64,000 nt of DNA. Source: Paramecium tetraurelia. Lineage: Eukaryota. The stretch is from contig CT868396.1 in the NCBI GenBank assembly GCA_000165425.1, forward strand, positions 146,826-210,825. The letters run 5' to 3'. The position numbers were made by a program, and so were the translations under genes. The notes below the pieces were generated by a model. The model had not been told where the DNA came from, made no database searches, and saw nothing but the letters and a program-made list of their open reading frames with translations. Each line of letters starts with the position of its first letter. Position 1 is the first letter of the stretch. Of this stretch, positions 52,869-64,000 are shown in pieces.

Positions 52869-55345
52869 TCACCATTTAAATGATTAAAAATCATCCTTTT
52901 ATTGTGGAGATCCTTTAGCAAAATTGTCAGCAAATCCTGTCCAATCATTTCCTCCAAACTCCTTATTGGCATCAAAATCGATTTAAACTTCATCTACTTG
53001 TTTTGTACCCTATTCAAATACAAAGTTTTAATCAAAATTAATAGACGGATTTTATTCAATAGAATTTCTATTATCAAAATGAGCACCGAATCCATCTTCA
53101 AATTTAAGATCAAATACTTTATGTTCTATTTCCTCTTATTCCTCAAATTACTTAGATTAATCAAATTGAACATTTATTTATTGTTCTTACTATTAATTAA
53201 TCTCAAGTTGATCTTCATTATTTTTATTAATAAATCCAACATCGTTATCAAACCCAATCATGTTATTTTCAAATTCAATCTTATCTTCTAATTTAACTTA
53301 AGGAGGTTATTAACTTTCAGTAAATACAAAGTCCTCAACTTCTTATGATTTAATTTACTGTTATTCAAATTATTCTACTTATTGTTTCTATTCATTTTAT
53401 TCTAGTTAGACTACCTAATTAGATAAATCTTTATGTTAATTATCTTTATATAAAGAAAATACATCAAATTATTCTTTATTATCTAAATCAACTTATTTTA
53501 TTTATTCTTATTATTATTCTTATAACTTCAATTTTGGAAATTCAATATTATCAAATTTGATATCCATTACTTCTCTAAATTCTTATTGATCCTATGGTAT
53601 TTAATTAGTTTTAATTTATTATGATTATGCAACCTATTAGAAAGGTACAAAGGTATTTTGCGTTTCATGAGTGTCTATAGGCTAATAAGGTGTAGAATTC
53701 TTTCTTTATGATTTTATATCTTTAGATAAAGAACCTAATGCTTCAAATATTAAACTCATCTGATCTTTTTATTATTTCATTTCTTTAATAATTTCTTATT
53801 CTTATCTCCTTTTTCTTTCTTATTCAATCTCATAATTAGATCTTAAATCTCCAATTATTTAATTGGCATAATCTGTAACTGCATTGATTGTACTTGTAGT
53901 CTATTTTGAGTATTCTTGTTTTAATTAAATGTTCAATCCTAATTTTTAGTTGATTTCTATGGCTTATTTACTTAAAGATTCTGTGAGTTTCTTCTTCTAT
54001 TATTCAATTTATTTAAGTTCTTCTTAAAACAAATAATTTTCGTCAGAAATCTTTTTTAATAAAGTTTTATATTGTTCATTAGTTGTCTATAATGATTCTA
54101 ATTAACTTTAACTTGAGATCAGAATCTTTTCATGAGATTCCTTAAACTCATTAAGCAAATCATTGGCTTCCTTAAAATTTTATTCTAACTATTGCTGCTG
54201 TATTTACATTTATTCTTGAAGCAAGACTTACTTTTGAAAATCTATTGTTTTTTTAGGCTATTGAGAAACTTGCTATGATATTGTTGTACTTTACAAAGAC
54301 GCTACTTGCTATTGTGGGACAATTGGCTAAGTTATTTATTATAATTGTGGTTGAGAATCGACATCATTCATAATTAGATCAATTGATTTTTGTTGTTTTA
54401 GAACTGGTTATTAAGTTTATGCTGCTGGAATTTTGAATGATTAAGATGTAGTTAATTAAGGTTATTACTATTTTTATACTGTTGTTTCAATAATCGGATT
54501 GGGCATTTCTATGTAATTGAAAGCGCTATCTAAATAGTGTAAAATTAATCTATACATTTATCAATAGGAGATTTAGATGTATCAAAATTTGCTTCGAAAT
54601 CCATTAAGTCATTAGATTTAGGGACAACAGAGGGTTGTGGGTTGATAGGGGGATTATTAATATTAAGATTTTAAGATACTAATAACTGTTAGTTTAAGTA
54701 TTCTTATAGGGAATTTGGCAATTTTTATGGTATTGGCACATTTTAAGATGCTAATGATATTAGATGTGTGATAACAATATAGGAATGAGTAGTCATTCTT
54801 GGTTTAGTTTATAGGTTCGGATCAACTAGATTGATGATATTCTATAATTGAAATTAAGTGAGATTAGTTTTTTTGAATAAATTCATTGCCATTTAAGTTG
54901 AGACCTAATAAATGTATAAAGAATTACTGTGGAGTTGGAATGATCTAATTATTATATATAATTCTGATATAACCTCTCTTATTCTGGTCTGAGTTTATAA
55001 ACTTCTTCTGTATCAGATTAGAATTATGGTAATGGACTTGGAATGCATCTTTAAATGGAATCGTTGGAAACATCAATATTGTTTTGTGCATAACTGATGA
55101 GCTTGAGAGCTACATAGAATTCTTCCTTATTCAAAGTTTAATTATTGGGTGAACTAATTAACCAAATCTTTTTGAGAATTTCTATAGATAATCCTGATCT
55201 TTTGAAAAATGAGACTGCTTAAGCTCCTCCAATCTAGCCTGTGTTCTAATAGCATAAAGTATTCAGATACTGTTGCATCAACTGCTTAATACAATGAGGC
55301 ATAATAACCTCTTTCTTTATTATCAAGTTTTACTCTCACACTCAT
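52869..55345 (-). CDS. EH-domain endocytic adaptor (Eps15/gamma-synergin-like)
   Basis: IGGAQAVSFFKRSGLSIEILKKIW..LNKEEFYVALKLI (EH domain), a second EH-like segment, coiled coil, and an acidic Phe-rich tail. Confidence 0.85.
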
Positions 55346-55378
55346 TTATTATAATAATTTAATTTAATTAATTAAGAA

Positions 55379-55450
55379 TCCGCGTTAGTATAGTGGTTAG
55401 TATTCAAGCCTGTCACGTTTGAGGCCCGGGTTCAATTCCCGGACGCGGAG
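55379..55450 (+). tRNA. tRNA-Asp (anticodon GTC)
   Basis: Acceptor TCCGCGT/ACGCGGA, D-loop TAGTGGTTAG, anticodon arm CAAGC-CTGTCAC-GTTTG (GTC at 55412-55414), T arm CCGGG-TTCAATT-CCCGG. Confidence 0.97.
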
Positions 55451-55451
55451 C

Positions 55452-55458
55452 TTTTTTT
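55452..55458 (+). terminator. Pol III oligo-T terminator of tRNA-Asp
   Basis: T7 run immediately 3' of the tRNA. Confidence 0.8.
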
Positions 55459-55892
55459 AATTTTTATTAATATATATTGAAGCTTGTATAAATATTATTA
55501 AGATGAGATTTTTTTGAAATCCTTTTTGATTAAAAGTCAAGAAAAGATTAATATATATTATCTAGTATTAAGTTGGATATATATTTTGTGATTCAATCAA
55601 TTTCAATAATTTATATCCTTTTATTCAGTTCATTCTATATGATTTGAAATATAATTATTACAAAATTAAAGACAACAAGATTTCAAATTAAAAATTTATT
55701 ATTTGAAATATATTAATATAATTTTTTCCTTAAAGAAAATACTATAATTAGTCTTAATTTTTGTGCTTCTTAAAACTGTTATCTAAAACAAATATGTTAA
55801 GTAATTAAAAGCATGCCAACAGAAATTTATTTATTTCTATTTATTTAAAAACAGAAACCTTAATAGCTATAATTTTAGTTTCAATATTGAAA

Positions 55893-56640
55893 TCAAAGTT
55901 TAACCATAATGAAATAACTTTCAGCAAGCTGCATTAATTTCTTTCTCCAAACTTAAACAGTGCACATATGCCATAATGAGTCATTCATTTCATCTCCTGG
56001 GAAGCTTTAATACATTTTATATGTGTCTAATGGTAGGATCTGAGGTTAAAAGAGAATACTAATGAAATTAAGTTGGACATGAGAGCAAAAACTAAAACAG
56101 GTATAATTTTTCTTTGTTTGAATCGACCTTTATCAATAATAATACTAAAATAATACTTCTAAACTTAAGTTTTATATATGCAATCAACAGCTCTACCAAA
56201 TAAGTGTACCCTGAATTAGTATTTGACATTTTCTTCTTGAGTCACGAAACTTAAACCTCCAGCAATGAACCCCGCAAAAAAGTGCGTTGATTCCATCTTC
56301 CATTTCTTATTGTTCTTAATGAGCATCAAATACCTTTGAGTAAGAATGTCTACAAGCCCAAAAACTATCTCAATTAGAAATTAGTTTTGTATATTAATTC
56401 ATTTATACTTTTTTAGTAGAATGACTTATGCATTTAATAATTTTTGATCAGATTTCATTACCTTTTTAAACCTAATAATAGCATCAATCCATTCAATAAC
56501 AAATTTGCAAAAAAATGCCTTAATAAATCCTTCACTTTCCCCTTGAAAAGAATTTCTAATAAATGAATGTATATGTTAGCAATGATTTGCTTGAAGATCA
56601 ATATTTTTGTTACCAACTCTAAAATCCTCTAATTATTCAT
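55893..56640 (-). pseudogene. Frameshifted TMEM135/Tim17-like membrane protein gene
   Basis: NHCQHIHSFIRNSFQG..GFIKAFF and STHFFAGFIAGGLSFV..VHLFGRAVDCIY. The ATG at 56640 is out of frame with the first segment, and another shift occurs at a T-run. Confidence 0.5.
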
Positions 56641-56661
56641 TAATTTAATTTATTGAATAAT

Positions 56662-57483
56662 ATGGGAAGTACATACAATAATTAACTTATCTAGATTTTT
56701 GTTAGGGAGATAAACAATATGATATAAATTGCCAAGACAATACGCATGTTTATGAGGCTACCATCAATTAATCCACTGTAACCATCATACATGGAAACAT
56801 TCTCTAGAATAACCTAAGAGGAATATGTAAATAGCTCTATCCTATACTAGTTAATGCATAAATTGATCCCAATTCCTTCACATTAATGCAATTACCAGAA
56901 ATGCAACGTGAATTTCGTAATCAACCTTAAATATTTAGTAAAATCTAAAATACCTATTATCTAACGATTACCGCCTGGAGCATGCCAATCTGAATTTATT
57001 ATCAATCTTAAAATTAATTATTAGGACACTAGAAAGGAAATAATAGAGGCTTATGAACAAAGGTACATTGTTAAATTCAAATTTAGTTTTGAACTCATGT
57101 TTTAACATGAATTAGAAAATGTTGGATATAGAGAAGGTAAGGATAAATTTAAAGATAAGTCTGAATAATTATATAATTCAGAATTTTTATTAGAAGCAAT
57201 TTTCAATCAAATTAAAGAAAATAAAATGATTAAGAGTTTTCAGATATTTAGTGTTGATATGTAGATCTGCTAATAATATAAAAATGAATTAAAAAAGCAA
57301 TTACACAAATAAATGTCGAAAAAGAATTTTGAAAGATGTTCAACATAGGAATAACTAAATGAATCATATACTGAAAGAATCCTTACTGCCAATTCTTGTG
57401 ATCAAGCTGATTTTGTCAATAAAAACTACCTCAAACAACAACTCAAAAGATCTATTGCAAATAATTAATAAAAAGAACTATGA
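56662..57483 (+). CDS. Degenerate macrodomain protein with MGNFC N-terminus
   Basis: After intron 56669-56694: MGNFCQG..STVTIIHGNILQNNLRGIFNAQ..LPPGACQSEFIINL..IIEAYEQSFELMFQHELENVGY follows the Macro fold pattern. Confidence 0.6.
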
Positions 57484-57537
57484 ATTTCTATAATTTGTTT
57501 ATGATAATATTATTTATATAAGAGAATAATTAAATAT

Positions 57538-59878
<2,341 letters not shown>

Positions 59879-59913
59879 TTTTGTATTATAATTTAAATAT
59901 TTTCATTAATAAA

Positions 59914-60376
59914 ATGATTCGCCCTGGTCTCGGAGTAGGAGTATTTATTAGAAATGGAGATTCTGTATTGATGAGCTATCGTAAAGTAATGGTACACCTT
60001 TAATCATAAGGATAATGGGTATCTGGCATTACCGGGTGGTCATCTTGAATTATTCGAAGAATTGGAAGATTGTGCAATTAGGGAAGTAAAAGAGGAAACA
60101 AATTTGGATATTGAAAATCCAAAAATATTTTAGATGGTGAATGTTGTGAAAAAAGAAATACAACATCATTTTGTAGTCATATTTTTAACAGCAGATTATA
60201 ATGAAAAAAGTGAATTAATGAATGTGGAACCTAATAAACATAGCGATTGGAAATGGATTAATGCTAAGGAATTTTAATAACATTACAATGAAAAGCAATT
60301 ATTTTATGGTCTAATGAAATTGGTTGATCGATTTGGTAACGCAGAAAAATTGTTTAATTTAATATTTAATAAATGA
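59914..60376 (+). CDS. NUDIX hydrolase (NUDT15/MutT-like)
   Basis: RPGLGVGV, Nudix box PGGHLELFEELEDCAIREVKEETNL, NVEPNKHSDWKW. Confidence 0.92.
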
Positions 60377-60396
60377 TAATATTTATTCCGTATGCT

Positions 60397-60725
60397 TCAA
60401 CCCATTTTATAAAGTAATATTGCCATTTATCCTTCATAAAAAAACATATATCTTTTGCTTTCGTAAGATGAATAAGAATTAAAATGTTTCCCTTAAATAT
60501 TGATTAATAAAATGTGTACCAACAACACAATGCCAATTTGGACCATATTTTTCATCAAAGAATTTTTTTATGTAATTCGAAATTTATGATTCTACCTTAA
60601 AATGTTCCACTGCATACCTCGCCTATTAAACTAATTTAAAATTAAAAAACTTGGGTTCTAGCATCATTAATCATATCAGATTATTCTGGCATATCTATAA
60701 TCTAATCCAAATTCTCTTCAGCCAT
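60397..60725 (-). CDS. Dynein light chain LC8 family
   Basis: [43 protein letters not shown]. Two introns. Confidence 0.92.
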
Positions 60726-60767
60726 TGAAAACTATAATTAATTTAAAATAATATTAAAAATATATAT

Positions 60768-62666
60768 TCATAAAAATAATAATTACACTTTTTCAGAAAA
60801 TATATCATTCTTTATTTTTAATGGTTTCTCATACAAAGCATCAAATTGTTCCATTATGTTTATTTTCTATTTTAATTGAAATTTAATTTACCTAGTCATT
60901 CTGGTACACCTTTTCATAACAACAACAATCTATAAGATGAATTTATAATTCAATATATTGTTCAATTACTTTAGGATCTTTTTCTTTTTCTTTCTTTTCA
61001 GACAAAGTTCTAATAATGAAATCATTCAACACTTCTTTGAAATTCTAATTAAATTAAGCTGAACATTCGATTGTCAGTTCTCTCTACCAATTTTTATCTT
61101 AAATTTCATCCCAAAATGATCTACATTATGAAAATGAAGTACTTTGCACTTCTTAATGCGAATTATAAAAGACTTTCGTAAAATTATTAGTCATCCAACA
61201 TTTGTGATAAGAATTTTTAAAAATGTGGATTTTAATATACTTTATCTAATAGGTCTGTAACTCTAAATATATTTTACTTATCTAACAATGCTCTTGTCAA
61301 TGAGTCATTTAATTTATATAGCTTTTTGATTAGAAACAAAAATGGTAATGCCGAATATTTTTCGGAAATCAAAGTATTTATTTCATTTAGTGTCCTAGAT
61401 AAATATACAATTTAATCTCTTAGTCTCATGTATTTCTCAATTAATTCTTCAACCTTCTTCAAATCTTCTATTTATTTTTCAGTCTCTGTTATCTCTAATT
61501 TAACCTATTCATCTTAGAGATCGGGTAATAATTCAGTCTCCTTAATGTTAATCGGATTATTTTATTTAAGGATTTGCTATTCTTTCATTCCATCAAACTT
61601 TTTCATGAAATCATTCGAATTTTCAAATGTTTCCAATTAACCTTTATTTTCATAGAATTTCCCAATTTTTTCAACATTAATTTATTCAGCTTATAATAAA
61701 TTAAGTGATAATTATTGATATCCTACATAATCATAAGTATTTACTCATTTCTTTCTATTTCATTAAGGGATGTGAATACAATTCGGACCACTTCAACCTA
61801 TCCCTAGGATCCTTCATCAACATTTTATACAGCAGCCATTCTAATTGTGTAGAAATTGAAACTCCATTTTTTCTAAAATTAGGTTTATCTAGGAATGATA
61901 TTTAAGTCTACTTGTTCTGATATCTTCCAAAAATGCCTTTTCATTTATGTTAGTGAATGGAAAAGATCCAAAAAGCAACTAATAGAACATACTGCCAATA
62001 GAAAACATATCAGCAGCCATGCCATAAGGTTTTTGCTCAACAATTTCAGGTGCCATATTACCTAAGGAACCAAGAAACAAGTGCTCATGTTGATTTTGAT
62101 CCTTCAATTACTTACAGAACCCTAAATCAGCAATTTTTAAAGTAGAATTATGAATTAAAATATTAGGCAACTTTAGATCTCTATGTAAGACATTTTTCTC
62201 ATGTAGGGCTTACATTCCAGCCAAGACTTATTTCATATATGCAATGACTTCATTTTCTGGGATCTTTTTACCTCTTTTGATCCACAATTATTCAAAATCA
62301 CCAGCTTAATTATAGATAAGAAATTTACAATTGCAAAATTCCAAAACGATGTAGCATTAATTCTCTGATTAAAAGAAATCAATGAATTTTATTACATGTT
62401 CACTGTTGATTTATCTTAATACTTCAATTTCACTATCTAATAATTAGCCAACAATTCCTCTGTGCTCACTTAATTTTGCTTTTGGAACGCATTTAATCGC
62501 TACCAAATCTGATGTCTTGTCAACTTTTGCAGAAAAGACCTTTTTGTAATTTAAATTTTAATACTTAACCAAATGCACCCTTTCCTAATTCTTTGAGAAA
62601 TGTATAATTTAAGACCCTCTTACCAGGATAATTCTGAATTTTGGTTGGCTACTATGACTGCAACAT
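60768..62666 (-). CDS. Ser/Thr protein kinase (ULK/CAMK-like)
   Basis: LGKGAFGQV, VAIK, HRDLKLPNIL, DLGF (DFG variant), LGSLGNMAPE, ADMFSIG. Confidence 0.92.
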
Positions 62667-62722
62667 TCTAAAAATATTTAAGTTAATTATATTTTTATAT
62701 TTATTTTTATATCTTGATTCTT

Positions 62723-63145
62723 TCAATCATCATCTCCTCCTTCATCACCTCCTTCTTCTAAATCACCATATGTTTTCTATTCGAATTTAGGATCATGATA
62801 ATCTTGCCAATCAAATCTTGGTTTTGTGTATAAACAACTAAATAGCCAACACGCGGTTAAAAACAAGCCACACCTAGTAAACATAGCTATATTTATTTAA
62901 TTACTCTTACTTCTCGTCCAATAATCATTAAAATCTCTGTGTGATTTACTCAAAACATAGCCCCATTTGTTTGGATTGTTTTCTACAATACCTTCTCTCA
63001 GCATCCAAGAAGCTGTTTCATAGCTTATTGCAATGTTTTTCACTTTGTATTAAAACTCTCCTGGTTTTTCGAATAATCCCTCTTTGAATGCAGCAGGCAT
63101 AGAGGATCTTTGTCCTGCTTTCTAAAATACCTTCCACAAAGCCAT
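62723..63145 (-). CDS. Small single-TM protein, possibly mitochondrial
   Basis: MALWKVFQKAGQRSS (presequence-like), one hydrophobic helix CGLFLTACWLFSCLY, acidic tail EEGGDEGGDDD*; 24-nt intron. Confidence 0.7.
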
Positions 63146-63342
63146 TATTTATATAAATTTATAATAATTTTTATTAAGATCAAGTTATTATCTATACATA
63201 CTGCTATCATTCTGTTTATTCAGATTTTTTCATGCTACAAATTTCATTTATTATTCAAAAATTATAACCATAAAATATTAACAAATTCATTGACCTTTCA
63301 TATAATTTACAAAATTGATGATTTATTTAATATCCCCTTTAT

Positions 63343-64000
63343 TCACAAGCCTATAGACTTGTTTCCTTTTGAAATCTAAAACACTATCATTTCTTAATAC
63401 GATTTGCTTCTTTAAGAGTAACAATAATTTAAAAAATATTTAATGATAATCCTTGTTACTGATTAACTCGATCCTTTTATATCCAATTCTTTCATTTTAA
63501 TATTACAACTTATAATCATTAAATTCATCGAAACATTTCCATTTAATTAATATTTTGTCCTAAATCTCACGCAAAAACTACCAATCTATTAAAAATAGAG
63601 ATTAATTCCTATTAATGGCTCAGAACACTGATTTAAAACAGATATGGCTAACTTAAAGTAATCACATTCAAAGATTAGTGGCTTTTATTATTATAACATC
63701 TTTACAAGATATATTTGACAATTCTTCTGTAGATATAGTAGAATTTTATTGAGAAACTGATATTAAGGGATTTGTCTTTTATTTTTGGGCTAGATTCAAA
63801 CTACTTTCAGGTTATTTTTACAACAGGAAATTATCATTAACCCTCTTATAAGTTAAAAGGCTTAAAATATCTAATTTTATCAAATCAATATATTTAATTA
63901 ATTATTTGATTATTCGTTACTCTGATATTAAGATTTATTTTTCAAAAAGTTTTCTTCAGCCTTAAATAATCAGATCTTTTAAAAGAAAGCGATAACCTTA
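63343..64000 (-). pseudogene. Disrupted coding-like sequence at window edge, weakly adaptin-appendage-like
   Basis: Protein-like stretch QQKPLIFECDYFKLAISVLNQCSEPLIGINLYF, but TGA occurs in all three frames near 63940-63990. Confidence 0.3.

Noticed and set aside
52902..53291. 129-aa hydrophobic + strand ORF
   Set aside because: Antisense to the EH-protein tail; the hydrophobicity is an AT-bias artefact.

Overview
This is gene-dense, AT-rich eukaryotic DNA that reads as a ciliate macronuclear chromosome, most likely Paramecium (inference). Conserved domains only stay in frame if TAA/TAG are read as Gln (translation table 6) with TGA as the sole stop, and genes carry tiny 21-32 nt GT..AG introns. 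The supplied standard-code ORF track is therefore mostly fragments or shadow frames. Manual translation gives 36 intact-looking protein genes (one cut by the left edge), one tRNA-Asp(GTC) and four probable decayed genes. Recognisable products include: porin/VDAC, FZR1/Cdh1, ATG8, a DIX protein, a membrane aspartic protease, CEP350-like, a double-thioredoxin/ZZ protein, a MUT-7/EXD3-like exonuclease, myotubularin, an SK-type K+ channel, three kinases, KATNIP, an SR protein, SAS10, an EEF1AKMT4-like methyltransferase, TRF4-like PAP, WD40, LITAF, a cNMP-binding protein, ATP11, an EH-domain adaptor, a NUDIX hydrolase and LC8. The most unusual items are a protein with apparently catalytically dead Ulp1-like domains, a probably lipid-anchored degenerate macrodomain, a tandem WCGPC-thioredoxin/Zn-finger fusion, and head-to-head gene pairs with only 15-20 nt near-palindromic spacers between start codons. 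All calls come from motif recognition by eye, with no database searches; exon boundaries are predicted.
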